Shown: piece by piece, positions 13,776 to 27,459 of the stretch
How the letters are laid out: every line of letters begins with the position of its first letter
Position numbering within the stretch: the first letter of the stretch is position 1
Source: Octopus sinensis
Lineage: Eukaryota
Assembly: GCF_006345805.1 (NCBI RefSeq)
Contig: NC_043009.1
Location: 34,720,001 to 34,784,000 of the forward strand
Reading direction: 5' to 3'
Length of the DNA stretch: 64,000 nucleotides
Made by a program: the position numbers and the translations under genes
Notes under the pieces: generated by a model
Database searches by the model: none
Seen by the model: the letters and a program-made list of their open reading frames with translations, nothing else
What the model was told of the DNA's origin: nothing

Positions 13776-14563
13776 GAACACAGGATGTGTGTCTGTGTAT
13801 TTGTCATGTCATTAAAACTCGAGATCCACCCAAGCGATTTTAAAGAAATTTTACACATGCATTACATATGGTCTATTGTGTGTTACGGGCCAAAATATTT
13901 TAAACCTCTTGCTTAATGCGGGCCCAGTGGCTGATAAACTGCACTTTTTAAGCATTTTTGCAGCGTTAAGGCCCGTAACTTTAAGAGTATCCAGTCGCTT
14001 TTCTCCAAATTTGTAACAATCATTGATTAGGCTCCTCGAATTGCTGTTGACTAACAAAAAATTTCCGACGCCAACTATGCCCCACCCCACCAAACAAATG
14101 CAGGGTATCATTCCAACATAGTTATACATATATGAATATACTGCACCGGGTTTTATCTTTGATTTAGGCCATTTTCCGATGATAAAATATTGACACTACT
14201 TATGCATTATAAGTAGCGTAGAATAATTTTATGAAAACCTTATTGTCCAATTTGGCTGAGGAAATGAGAACATTAAAATTTTTTGTCGGTGCCATGTTGA
14301 TGCTTCATGTTACCATCCTTCTCCACAAGTTGATGCTTCACGTTTCCAATCCTGCGCAACGCAACATTGCCCGGCAGCATGTCTGCTTGCTTTCTATGTC
14401 AACCATGTCTGAACTATATATTGAAAAATGTTCATACAAAAAACAAAATGCTGTTGTAACTCACAGCCATTTGAGTTTGCGTGACCAATTCCGGAAACTA
14501 CACTCGCCACCTGCAATGAGTCCCCTCCCTGTTGCCTTCGAAGTTTAGTCGGACGAGTAAATA

Positions 14564-15004
14564 CAAGGTGTCCCAGATTTAATGATGATTTGTATGAAAT
14601 CGGATGCATATATTTTAAAACTCACTTTTATTTATGTTTATCATGTTTAATATGTGTTAAAAGTGTATAAATTTCGAATTTTGTCTTTAATTTTATTTTC
14701 ATTCTTGTTGGAACCCTTTTATTTGTCCATAACAGCTTTTTTCAATTTGGAAGCAATCATTTCCTTTACCTCCATCCCCAAGTTAGCAGTGCAGGAGCCA
14801 ATTCCTGATATGCTTTAAAATGTGTTTCATAACGCTAAGGAGAGATCTGAAGTATGCATGGATAAAGACATGTTCAGCATTTTCAATAAAAGTTTGACTT
14901 AAGATTAATAAATCTATTCGTTTTAGTAATAAACATAAAATTCTGTCAGTTTTTAAAATTTGCTCAATTTCATTGAAGCAGATAATTAATTCTGGAACGC
15001 CTTG
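14564..15004. mobile_element. Tc1/mariner-type MITE
   Basis: TA-flanked imperfect TIRs CAAGGTGTCCCAGATTTAAT / CAAGGCGTTCCAGAATTAAT. Confidence 0.6.
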
Positions 15005-15407
15005 TATGGTGTAGCATTGTTAGTTGTTGCGGTTGCTTAAGTAAATATTAAAATCAAAGGTCTTCTTGTCGTAAACTTCCCGTATGTTATCCAAAATATA
15101 TCTCTCCTTTATAGCGTGGCTGTGTGGTTGAGAATCTTGCTTTCCAGCCATGTCACCTTGGGTTCAGTCCCACTGTGCGGCACGTTGCGCAATTCTCTTT
15201 CATTACAGCTCTGTGCCAACCAAATCTTTGTTTATTATATAATTGCCATTATAGTATTGATAAATAAAATAACACATACAACTCACTTATTATTGTCATA
15301 TATTAAACAAACAGAAATTCGTGTTTGAAATTGATGCTTTCTCTATTTCAATTATTACATGTTTTTTTTTTCTTATAAAATACACACATACTGGAGGAGT
15401 AATATAT

Positions 15408-15501
<94 letters not shown>

Positions 15502-15573
15502 ATAACACTTTGAATGTGGCTTCCGATAAAGAGTAAAAGTAATTACTCGATCAACGACGGGTATTACTGCTAG

Positions 15574-15605
<32 letters not shown>

Positions 15606-16427
15606 ACGTACACACTCATTTCCATCGATGCCCTTCCGTACCCACCTACAACCACATTTGTATCTGTGCGTATTTACATGCATCCACACACGCACAACCA
15701 ATGGTGATAAAGTTTCCAAAAAGTTATATAGCTCTCGATCTATATGCGTTTCTTTGTGTTCGGTTAAGTAGATATTGATCACTACATGAATGCATACATG
15801 AATGATTTAATGTTAAGTGTTTGCTTAGTTCTGGCGTTCGTCTCAATCAAGTAGAACAGTACGCTATTTATGTGTATGTGAGTGTGTGTATTTGTTTGTA
15901 TGTGTGTGTGTGTGTTTGTATCACGCAATGGTTTGATAACATTGATATTGCTTAATCTTCTCTAATGTTTGGATAATTCTCTCCCATCAACCATAGAATC
16001 ACATAATGTCAGAATCGCACAGAAGACCGTTGCGATGGTCAATATGATTTTATATCATTTTTTGTTTGTTTGAGCTATCTTTAAAGATCGCATATTTTTG
16101 TATCGTTCGTTTATTGAAATGCAGTTTACTTTTTGTCTGGTGATAGAACATTTGAAGAATTTTCAAGAAGGTGGATTTCTTTACTTCTCTTGCTTTTTTT
16201 TTTGTATTTCACACTCTCCAGCGATTACTGGAAGCATCATTTGCTTGAAAAGGTTGACATATTATCGCTTGTAATGGTTTCTCTTTATTCGTTGAGATGA
16301 AAGAATATAGGAAAAAAGATGAAAATGAGGCAAAATTAAAAAAAAGAACGATAACAACTATAAAATATAAAAAGAAGAAACTGTTTTTAATGGCGTGACT
16401 CTAATAGAAAATGTGGAAACAAATTTA

Positions 16428-16468
<41 letters not shown>

Positions 16469-16481
16469 AATAATAATAATG

Positions 16482-16529
<48 letters not shown>

Positions 16530-16530
<1 letters not shown>

Positions 16531-17375
16531 TAACCGCAACACAGAAGAGTTAGATTACTATTAAACACTGAACTTAATCCTAAAACTAGGATAATTGGGA
16601 TAAATATGCAAGCCATACCAAGCATAAATTACAGCTTCAACTTAATAAATTGGAAGATCAGTGACTTGAGAAACTTAAATAGGAAAACCAGAAAACTATT
16701 AACAACATACCGAAGTTACCACCCCAAACCAGACACCGCTCAGAAGCAAGTCGCAGCTTAACACAGATGGACAACTACTATAAAATAACAACAGTTGGAC
16801 TAGAAAAATGCTTAGAACCAAAAAGTGGGAGACATGTAATAAAACAACAAGAAAAAAAAGAAAACGCTTTTCTATATACTCAAGGAAGCAAAAAAAAAAC
16901 AAAAAAGCAAAAAAAAAACAAACTGCACCGATTCGCTGATCTCAGATGACAACATAGCAAAAATGACCAAAGAGACAAAAAAGAATATGGAAACAGAACT
17001 ACAATACAAACTAAAAAAGAAATAGAGAAAAATCACTCCGTGACCAATACTCTGCAAGGCTTTACAGATATGTTATACTAAGTAAAAGCTAGCAATGGTT
17101 CAACAGCTTTCAACTAAAAGCAGAAACGGAAGGACTGATTCTCGATGCACAAGGTCAATGTTCCACCACAAAGCAAATTAATGAAAATCGGTCCTAACAC
17201 TAAATGCAGAATGCGCAATACGAGCACCATTAGAGAGTTGACCACATCATCGCTGGCTGTCGAATCCTTGTCAAATTTGAATATATATACGCGTAAGTAG
17301 TTATATCCACTGGACAAAATACCAACACTACAACATAAAAACTAAGAAGAAATGGTATAAACATGTGCCAAACAA
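16530..17375 (+). mobile_element. Decayed RLE LINE fragment (post-RT to zinc knuckle)
   Basis: INWKISDLRNLNRKTRKLLT...HPK, LKAETEGLIL.AQ, KCRM...DHIIAGC. Begins at a (TAA)n tract. Confidence 0.75.
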
Positions 17376-17639
17376 GTGATCCAAAAGACAGCATTGTTAG
17401 GTACAACTATCATTCTAAGGAGAGTATTGTCACAGGAGAAAGCATTACTTGAATTCTTTGGTGATTTGTTATTGCTTGCTTTCAAGTAAAGAAGAATCGG
17501 AAATTAAGAACTATCCGAGAGTCTTTCAGAATAACAATAATAAAAAAACTCGCTCTCATGGCTTCTGATCTTAACAGTGCTATCATGTGCATGATGTGAA
17601 AGATGAGCTACAACAAATATTCTGCTTGTCAGTTGTCTG

Positions 17640-18054
17640 ACTTTGACAGTTTGAGCACTTCCCTTAATGGCTGACAATATGTGCATCTCTGATCACGAGC
17701 AGATGTAGTGGGTACGCATCAAAGCTATGCTTTGAGAGGAATTCTTCTGGCTTTTAATGATTCCCCTCTGGAAAAATGGGTGTTTCATTCAAAATCCTTA
17801 AACAATCCTAATACAGGGACCTTTCGAGCAGGATGGGCTACACGAGTTGAAGGAAAGTGTAACAGGGCACTACCGGCACGGTCATGCGCTGTATATCTTG
17901 ATATGAAATCACTATGTCGTGCATTTATAGTGATGCTTGTGCCTGGTGTACGCTTATCAGACGGGTAGTCATGATAGGTATACTGGGCTTCGTATATTTG
18001 TACCCCAGTATCACTTTGATGGCATGCGCTGGTTTCTCACTCAATAATAATAAT
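17640..18054 (+). mobile_element. Non-coding 3' tail of a retroelement ending in (TAA)n
   Basis: Ends ...GATGGCATGCGCTGGTTTCTCACTC(AAT)n. Family uncertain. Confidence 0.45.
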
Positions 18055-18745
18055 AGTAATAAATCAGACGTCCACAGGCTCCATCTCCCTCAAAAGGACG
18101 GCAACAGAAGACTAATCCAGCTTCAAACCTCGTATAAAACGACCACGATAGTTCTTCAAGTGTACATGCAAATTAACACCGACGGGATGATACAGTTGGT
18201 AAAGCAGCATGAACAGAGTAAGAAACTGCAATCAGTCTGAAAGGAAGCATATAAATGCACACGAGAACTTAACCTCCCTGATTATGATCAAGATAAGGAC
18301 ACACCACCCTCTAAAGCAGCAAAAGAGTGTAAACAAGAAAGCTTGAAGGAAATATCAAGGCTGTGGAAAGAAAAACCATTGCATCGGCATTACCCCAAAC
18401 GAGCTGGGGGGAAGCTGATGAAGATCTGTGGCTGTAGAGTGTTAGTTTGAAAGCCGAGGCAGAAGGATTCATACTAGCAGCACAAGACCAGAGTCTCCTC
18501 ACCCGGAACTATCAAGCTAATGTCACACAGAATGAGGTAGACATAATGTGTAGACTCTGCAATGACAAAACTTGAGAGTATTCACCACATTGTTGCTCTT
18601 TGCTCAGTCCTTTCCCTACAGAATATAAAACCAGGCATAATCGAGTTGGCCAATACTTGCACTGGATAATATGCCTTCACTAGATAATATGCCTGGAAAA
18701 GTTCAAGAAAGTTAGGGACAAAATGTCTGACTAGATCCTGGGAAA
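18055..18745 (+). mobile_element. Decayed RLE LINE fragment
   Basis: KSDVHRLHLPQKDGNRRLIQL, LKAEAEGFILAAQDQSLLTRNY, CRLC...ESIHHIV...EYKTRHNRVGQYLHW. Confidence 0.8.
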
Positions 18746-18923
18746 CCAACAATCTATGAGACTCAAAAGATTGTGTTGACATCAACCGCCCACATTCTCA
18801 GGAAGTTTCTCTGCACCTAATATACACATGCCTTGGGTGTCTGGTTGAGACTCGGTCAGAAGATGAAACAAAAGGGAATTCAATCGGAAAATTAATAATA
18901 ATAATAATAATAACAACAACAAC

Positions 18924-18982
<59 letters not shown>

Positions 18983-19009
18983 TAATAATAATAATAATAG
19001 TAATAATAA

Positions 19010-19273
19010 ATCTCTAAACGAGGTATAGACAGTAACTGCACCACAATGTGAAGTATATTTGCCATCTAAATATGGCTAACCACTAAGGGTGGATGTTACT
19101 GTAGCTTTTAGCCCCAGGAGAACATCTTCTCCAGCTGACCATTGACACACTTTCTGTGCCCTATCGGTATTTGCAAAGAGAGGTCATCCTTCCCTCGTCA
19201 ACCTAAGTGATACGCACGGACTGAAGTTTCTGGGTATTGACCCAGCATCAGCGCACGACAATCACCGGTTTTC

Positions 19274-19275
<2 letters not shown>
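19010..19275 (+). mobile_element. 3' tail of a (TAA)n-terminated LINE
   Basis: Bounded by (TAA)n on both sides. Ends TTCTGGGTATTGACCCAGC...(AAT)n. Confidence 0.5.
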
Positions 19276-19314
<39 letters not shown>

Positions 19315-19608
19315 GTAATGATGATGATGATGATGATGATGATGATAATAATAGCTGCAGCATATTATTATTGTCACTTTAATTTTTATCATTAGCTATT
19401 ATAAAAATAATAATATGCTGCAGCTGCTAATACTAAATACTACTAATACTACGAAAATAATACTACAACTACTACTATTATGATAGCACAGCAATCTGAG
19501 GCTCAAATACTACCCTTACCACTACCCCCACCCATACTACCGTTGCTGTTGCTGCAACCACTGCTGCTACTATACATAAAAACAATAATATCAGTGATAT
19601 CAGTGATG

Positions 19609-19639
<31 letters not shown>

Positions 19640-19642
<3 letters not shown>

Positions 19643-20510
19643 AAGGAAAGGGTGGAGCTTCATGGACTAATTAATATTGTGATGGTATCGCAATAAAAAC
19701 AGTGGTAACTGCGCAACCTGATAATCGCTACCTCATATGAGTGACAATGAAAAAACAAAATATTGTGAATAACGGTGCTAATGAAACTGAAGCCAACGAT
19801 GGTGACAGTGTTATACCCCGTAGACTCGGAGATTCTGGTCCGGCTCCAGCCTGTCGATATCCAGAAAGGGACCACCACACACGGTGTAGATTGAGCAAGC
19901 AAATTAATGCTGTGGTCATGGAGTGTTACTACATGAGCAGCCCGGTAGATGAAAATGGTGCTCAAATTAGGGGTTACCGACAACGCATGTATGATCATTA
20001 GAGAGAAAAGGGATTGTTTCAACTCACGGAACAGAGACAATGTGATCAAGCTAGAGCAATAAGAAAAATTGTTGGTTCACAAAAGTAGAGCTAGAAGCTA
20101 TCAAAAGAGGGGTCTTGGAGAAGAGCATCAGGGATAACAATGAAAATACAGTTCATAATAATAAGAGTAATCTCATGGCACAGGAAAGGAACATTGATAG
20201 TTTACTTGATGAGAGACATAGATGATCTAAAAGAAGACAATAAAACTAATGGCGACATGACAGATGAGCAAAAGGCAATTTACGACAGAATAAAAGTAAG
20301 ACTATAGGAGACCGATAGCGACATTATTTGCAACCGTAAAAAGGTTGATCGATGGAAATTGAACCAAGAAACGAAAACTGTACATGAAATTCTGAATTAC
20401 ATCACAACAAACAACATCACAGAAACAAATAATTTGATCAAGGCAGCAAGTATTGTAGTAGCAGAAAACGTGGGTGTTGATGCCAAGAAAGAGAAAATAC
20501 CAGGGCTCCG
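19640..20510 (+). mobile_element. 5' ORF region of RLE LINE (R4/Dong-like)
   Basis: INAVVMECYYMSSPVDENG...GYRQRMYDH...QLTEQR.CDQARAIRK...VELEAIKR, then ITETNNLIKAASIVVAE. Confidence 0.75.
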
Positions 20511-20514
20511 CAAC

Positions 20515-20640
20515 CATTTTTCACTTGCTGTACACTTATATTCTTTACAAAATCCTGTAGCGCTGCGGCACATCTCGCATCGTGTTGTGGCACACTGGTG
20601 CGCATACCGTTTGCAGAGCATTGCTTTATACAGGTAGATT
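20515..20640 (-). mobile_element. Possible piggyBac transposase Cys-rich C-terminal remnant
   Basis: LCKRYAHQCATTRCEMCRSATGFCKEYKC spacing. TTAA-CCC-like ends nearby (20877, ~21180). Weak. Confidence 0.3.
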
Positions 20641-20961
20641 TAGTGTTCTTTTACTCTAGATAAGCCTAAATAAAATCTGTCTCTGCCTATCTCTGTATCT
20701 CTCTCCATATATGTATATGTATGTATATATCTTTGTATATGGGTGTATATATGTGTGTGTTAATGTGTGTGCGTGTGAGTATGCATGCAGGTGTGCGCGT
20801 TCTTCCACTTTCTGATGATATTAGGCTGTGTGATTTAAGAAAATTAGTACATTTTAGTTGCTGATAGAGCTTCGTTTTAACCCATTAGTGCCCCAATTCT
20901 TTTTTATTACCCCAAATCTTTTTTTATACAACTTTATCTGATACTATACATACATACATAC

Positions 20962-21029
<68 letters not shown>

Positions 21030-22789
21030 ATATATATCAATTTATTACAATATTTGAAAACACTCCAGTCTCGATGACTAACTAAAGATATCGCAGAAAA
21101 ATACAGGTGTTGCAGAAATATGATGGATTATCCTTCTGGTCCTAAAAAAAGTACCATGAGTGCTAAAGGGTTTTAAATAAGTCCTGATCCAGCAAACCAA
21201 TACTCAAAGATATTCCCGCTAGGACTATACTGTCATTTCCTTTTTTATCTAATTCGTCTCTTGATAAAAATGGAGCTTATGCTTGGAAAGTAATTTGGTT
21301 GCTATTTATCGCATATAGGGAATCTTCTCTCGTTGTGGATTTATATCTAACATTCCTTTAGAGCTATTGTTTGGGTCATTTTGAGAATTGATTTCTAATA
21401 TTAAACAGAAGAGAAAATTCTCAAGTTAATTCAATTCTCCAATCTGAAAGCGTACAGGAACTAATTTTGGTCGAGACACTTGATTTAAAATCTCTGTAAG
21501 GGATTTTGTCGGTGTTCGGTTGTTTCTATCCTACTACTATTGAAGAACATCTTGAATATTCACAGAGAAAAAAAATCATAATATATTGAACAACATCACT
21601 ATGATACAGCAACAGTATGGTCTCGCACACCCACACGCGCGCGCATGAGCATGCACGCACACACATATTTATGAATAAATTTCTAACATTTAACAGTGAA
21701 AGTATAGGCTTCGTTTTAATGGTCTATTTAAGTTGCAAAGTACATTTAATTTATTGCTCGCTAAAACGAAAAGGAAATTGAAAAAAAAATAATGTATAAA
21801 AATAAAATATATTTTAATTATATTTTCAACCACTTGAAAGAAAAAAATAAACAAAAACAAAATGCGAAATCAAATAAAGGATAAAAATCTTTAATAATTA
21901 TTTTAAAATTCCCAAACTCAATGACAAATGACAATTATATATATGAATAATTTGTCAAGGTCGTTGATATCACCAATAAATATTGCATATTAATGTTTAG
22001 CATTGCACTCTGGTTTATTTGAATGTAACAATAACTTTTCAATGATAATTTATAAACATCCACGTCATGGTGGTTATCGAATGCGCTTCTAATGAAATTT
22101 ATATTCGGAAGTTATTAAGATTTGTTATAATTATAGTTTTAAGGAGTTTTAAGCAATAAAAAGAAGTTACGATTTGAATATTTAATTTTTATTTTTCTGA
22201 TGGCTTCCTCTGCTATTTTATAATTTTAAACAGTAAAAACAAAGTGGATAAGGAAGGACTTTCAGCGGGTTGGCTTTCTAGGGTTGGGAGAAATGGGCCA
22301 GGTTGTTAATGCGGGCCTGATAGACATCGGTGTTGATATAGGAGAAACGAATATTTCGGGTGAACATGGGTGGAGGTGTGATGCCGCTAGCTGGGTCTAA
22401 GACACGGAAGGCGTTAAAGGAGTGGCAGTAATAGAAAAAAAAGAAGACTGTCTACGGAGTGGAATTTGTAGTTTGTTGTTGGACGTTCCCTTGCCCATCA
22501 ACCGTGTTTGTTTTGGATGATGCGATCTAAGAGTTGCTTTGGGAGTCGCAGTGATGTTTCTTAAATTCGATTGTGGCCTGTAAAGCGTTACCAGTTGTTT
22601 GGGGTTGAAGTAACTTCTGGCTCTAAAGTTGAGTGTCTAGGCAAATGAAATGCAATGTTGTCTGTTTATGCTGTGAGATAAGAGGGAGAGATCATCAGTG
22701 ATTGTGAGGAGTAGCATTCGGGAAGGTTTTAATTATGAATTGCCCATAAGTAAGGAGGGAGCACAGCAGAAATGTTGTTTTAAATATAT

Positions 22790-23021
22790 GTTTCTTTATT
22801 ACCCACAAGGAGCTAAACATAGAAGGGAACAAACAAGGACAGACAAACGAATCAAGTCGGTTACATCGACCCCAGTGCGCAACTGGTACTTAATTTATCG
22901 ACCCCGAAAGGATGAAAGACAAAGTCGACCTCGGCGGAATTTGAACTCAGAACGTAACGGCAGACGAAATACGGCTATGCATTTCGCCCGGCGTGCTAAC
23001 GGTTCTACCAGCTCGCGCCTT
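22790..23021 (-). mobile_element. tRNA-derived SINE family B with 17-bp TSD
   Basis: B box GAGTTCAAATTCC. TSD TGTTGTTTTAAATATAT at 22773-22789 and 23022-23038. Homolog of 60085-60315. Confidence 0.88.
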
Positions 23022-23446
23022 TGTTGTTTTAAATATATTCGCACGCACGCATACACGTTGCACGCCCGCCCGCACACACACACGCTGAGGCACTGTGTCT
23101 TCGTAATTTTAAGGGGTACAAAAATGTCAGACTGCCAGCAGCAAGTATTTCCGAGATCTTTGTTCAGTGCAACAGTGGATTGGTTTTGGCAATTTTATAT
23201 TATCTTTTAGATAATTTCTTGCTTATGAAGCCAGAATATGATGTAAATAAGTAGAATTAAAGCAATAGCACACTCGATATAATAAAGGAAATAAAATACT
23301 ATTTGCATGTGAATGAAGTAGTATATCTATTAATAGACAAATGATCAGAAGTATGTTTTCATACAAAAAGTGGTTACAAGAAGTGGACGTAAATATTGAT
23401 ATAACTAAAAGCATAATTAAAACCTTGTTCCAGTTATATATATATG

Positions 23447-23494
<48 letters not shown>

Positions 23495-23539
23495 TTGTGT
23501 ATATATAAATATAAATATATATAAATATATATATTTAAC

Positions 23540-23692
23540 TGGGTGTGTGGTAAGAAGCTTGCTTACCAACCACATGGTTACGAGTTCAGTCCCACTGCGT
23601 GGCACCCTTGGCAAGTGTCTTCTACTATAGCCTCGGGCCGACCAAAGCCTTGTGAGTGGATTTGGTAGACGGAAACTGAAAGAAGCCCGTCG

Positions 23693-23729
<37 letters not shown>

Positions 23730-23946
23730 ATATGTTTGTGTGTCTGTGCTTGTCACCCCAACATCACTTGACAACCGATGCTGGTGTGTTTACATCCTCG
23801 TAACTTAGCGGTTCGGCAAAAGAGCCCAAAAGAGTAAGTACTAGGCTTCCAAAGAATAAGTCCTGGGGTCGATTTGCTCGACTAAAGGCAGTGCTCCAGC
23901 GTGGCCACAGTCAATTGATTGAAACAAGTAAAGGAGTAAAAGAGTA
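23540..23946 (+). mobile_element. SINE family A copy
   Basis: Homology to 4775-5190. Confidence 0.85.
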
Positions 23947-25617
23947 TTGGTGCAGGAGTGGATGGACGAAAAGAGTAATTACACCACCGGGTAGAATTGT
24001 TATAAAATCACTCCTCATTTCAAAATTAAACTATCTCTTCCTTACTCTCCCAAATCCACCGGGTAAATTTCTCCAGGAACTAAAGATATTATTTAAATTT
24101 CTCTTAAGAGATTTGTTGCTTGTAAGCCTGTTAAAGAAGGTAAACTTGATATGGTCGAAGATTTGGCTTACGTCAGCTCTTTAAAGCTATCCTGGATGAG
24201 AAAGTGGCTGGACATTCCCTATGAATCAAAATGGAAGCACTTATGCTATGCCTCCTCCACAAAACTGAAAAATTTAGCTGTATTTGGTAACGTTTTCCCT
24301 AGAAAACTGGCTAACACTATCAAGAATGACTTTTGGCATGATTGTATTTCTGCCTTTGACAAGTTTACAAATAAGATAGAGCCTAATTCATTTGATGAAT
24401 TCATAATAGAGCTAATTTACTTTAATAAACACTTAAGTGTCGGTAAATCTTTTTCCCTGCGTGGTTTGAGTGAGGTGTTAACCAGATTCGTGACTTTATC
24501 AATTTAGATGGATCTCGCCGTAATATAGAAGAATTCTAGAATTTTTTAAACTAAGTACAAATTTTCTCCTGTATAATGGGCTTATCAGGGCCGTTAAAAG
24601 CTACCAAACTTAAAAATAATCAAGCTTTCCAACATGCTGAGAATAATACAGTTATCCGAAAGCTCATGTCTGTTAAGGAAGGAGCCAAACGATAAACTAG
24701 GTTTTAAACATTGTTGATGCTTGTTTAATATTCAAACACAAATGGGAAGAGTGTATGCTTGCTGAACTGGAATGGGAAAAATATTTTTACTACCTATAAA
24801 AGCAACAGATACTAAACTACAATGGTTCCAGTTCAGAATTATACAAATATTCTAGCAACTAATTCTCTACTACTTAAGATTAAATTGGCCGAAAGCAGCC
24901 CGTGTACTTTTTGTCAACGTGAGGTGGAGATGGCATCACGCCTTTTCTGATATTGTGAATGCGTACAGGCTTTTTGGTAGCCCTTTTTAGATTTGATGTA
25001 TGAAAAGTGCATACGTGTTCGCAACATGACCCACAACTCATTCTGTTTGGGTTGAGCAAAAAAACACATATATTGATGGTATCTATGGCTAGCTAATATT
25101 ATTAGCAATTTTTTTTATATATAAAAGCAAAGTGTCAAAAACCACTCTCATCTTCAAACATTTTAGATACTTTTTGCATGAGAGATACCTAATTGAAAAA
25201 AAAACAAACAAAAAACAAAAAACAGATCATAGAATGAAAGAAAGCAAGAGGAATTTTATAAAAAGTGGAGGCTCTACCATGAGTCTTTAAACGCGTGGTA
25301 GTCCTCTAGACTCATTTCTTGTAGAACTGCATTAAGATTTTATGAGTGATTGACGAGCGAATGTGTAGTCTATTTTATTTTTCTCTATTTTTATTCTTTC
25401 TTTTCTTTCTCTTCTCTTTCTTGTTTTTTTTTTAAAATTTATTTATTGATTTATTATTATTATTTATTTATTTGTCTGCTTTCTCTTTTTCTTTCTTTTC
25501 AAAATAAAAGGTCCTGTTCTCCATTTGTTTTATACAAAACTTGACGGTCCCCTGGCCGTGCTGTCTTAAATTAAAACAGAGAAAACTGTATATAAAACAG
25601 TTAATTATAAAAAAAAA
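23947..25617 (+). mobile_element. L1/Tx1-clade LINE ORF2 3' remnant with poly(A)
   Basis: GRIVIKSLLISKLNYL, SLKLSWMRKW, FWHDCI, TKLQWFQFRI...ILATN..L.KI...S.PCTFCQ.EVE (zf-RVT-like). A-tract at about 25608-25617. Confidence 0.82.
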
Positions 25618-26814
25618 CTTGATCAAATAGACTTAGGGTAATATGTGATTCAGTCATGGTAATCTCAGACACAGTGAATGAAGAAATATATTGCATAAAA
25701 TGCCCTTCCTTGTTTTTAAATGATGAACGTGGAAAAGTTGATGCTATTTTGAGCAATCTAAGTAAATGCATAGATGCTTCCTCGCTGGCTTCTATTCTTG
25801 TTTCGATGGTAATGATGATACACTTGGTTGCTCTGTTGGTATCTGTGATGGTGGTGGTGTTAATGATGTCATTGCGGTTGTTTAATTAAAAAGCTGGTCA
25901 ATGCTAAACAAGCACTCGACTCGTGGCAAGTGCACTTTTCCCAGACATTTTTATCTATTATTGCGTTATGTATTTATCTGTACTACATTATGTATTAATA
26001 CATTATACATTTTCAGTGTCTAAACCGCTGGCATGTGGTTTCAGGAAGTCATTTGTAACCGACCGAGTGATCATGTAGTGCCATCTTCATTCTATGATGG
26101 ATTAAAAAGAGGTGGTATATGTCTGCACCAAAAGCGTAATACCTTTGCTTGTGACAGTATACGAATTGTCCTTCTTTAGACTGGTTAGTCGTACAGTCTA
26201 GACTATTCTCAATGCAGTTGGTCGGTCGGGATTGTTGATATTGCTTTCATTGTAAATAATTATTTACTGTGCCGAGAAAAGTCGGTCACTTTTGAGAAGT
26301 GTAAAGTTCCGTTAGTCTCACAAAAACTTGTTATATTTATTGTTGGTGTATTCGGTCAGTTTTGTCTGCAATTATCAAGATGAATAAATACAGTAGCAGC
26401 AGCAGCAGAAGATATTAATGAAATACAAGAGTAAATTTCAGAAGGAAGACATATAGTCGGCTACTGTTGCAGATGATTCATTGAATCGATAGTTTATGGC
26501 AAAACGGTTGGAACGACAGATGTATTTTTCATACAAATAAAATAACATTGTTGAGGTTGATATTTAGCAATCTGAAGCTTTTATTGAGCACTTTAACCAT
26601 GTTTATCGCATCCTTTATTCTTCAATATTGAATGTATTTTATTTATTTAATGATTTGAAGATGATTTAGTTGAAGGTTCTAACTCGTTGAGTGACCGATT
26701 ATAGGCGTTCAAATACTGGAAAGTCAACTCCATATGGTATGGTGTACTATGTGCAGCAGAGGTGGGAGAAATCAGGCTATTGACAGCGCTTTGATTCTCA
26801 ATATTAATGAAGAC

Positions 26815-27000
26815 AAAGAATCTTTAGCACATCGGACAAAATGCTTAGCGGCATTTCGCCCGTCTCTTTACGTTCTGAGTTCAAATTCAGCCGAGGTCGA
26901 CTTCACTTTCATTCATTCGGGTCGATAAAATACAGTACCAGTCAAGTATTGTGATCGATATAATTGAATTACTGCATCCCCCAAAATGCTGGATTTGTAC
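26815..27000 (+). mobile_element. SINE family B copy
   Basis: TTAGCACATCGGACAAAATGCTTAGCGGCATTTCG...GTTCTGAGTTCAAATTC. Confidence 0.75.
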
Positions 27001-27161
27001 CGAAATTTGAAAAAATATATTCCCGAAGTCATTGTTTCTTAAAATAATAATCTTTAACTGCATGCTAATATACAACAAGGAAATAATTCTCTCTGTCCTT
27101 CTCTCACTTGCACACACAGATATGTAATAAAGAATAAACGCTATATATGCAAACGTATTTG

Positions 27162-27197
<36 letters not shown>

Positions 27198-27393
27198 AGT
27201 GGCCTAGAGTCACTGGTACATCTGCTCAATCCGTAGAGAGTGGTACTTTCCAGTTCGTCAACAGGAACTTAGCCATATACTTGCAAAGGCTAAAAATTCG
27301 GATCTAGAATTCTGTAGTGTGGTAGAGTTCTTAGATCTGGAAAGGATCTGAGTTCTTTCCCCTATCTTTTGCTTCTCTTTATATATATATAAA

Positions 27394-27437
<44 letters not shown>

Positions 27438-27459
27438 GTGTGTGTATGTGGCTCTGTGT

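Noticed and set aside
22260-22730. GC-richer stretch as exon or LINE endonuclease
   Set aside because: No open frame or motif I could assign with confidence. Probably an old TE remnant.
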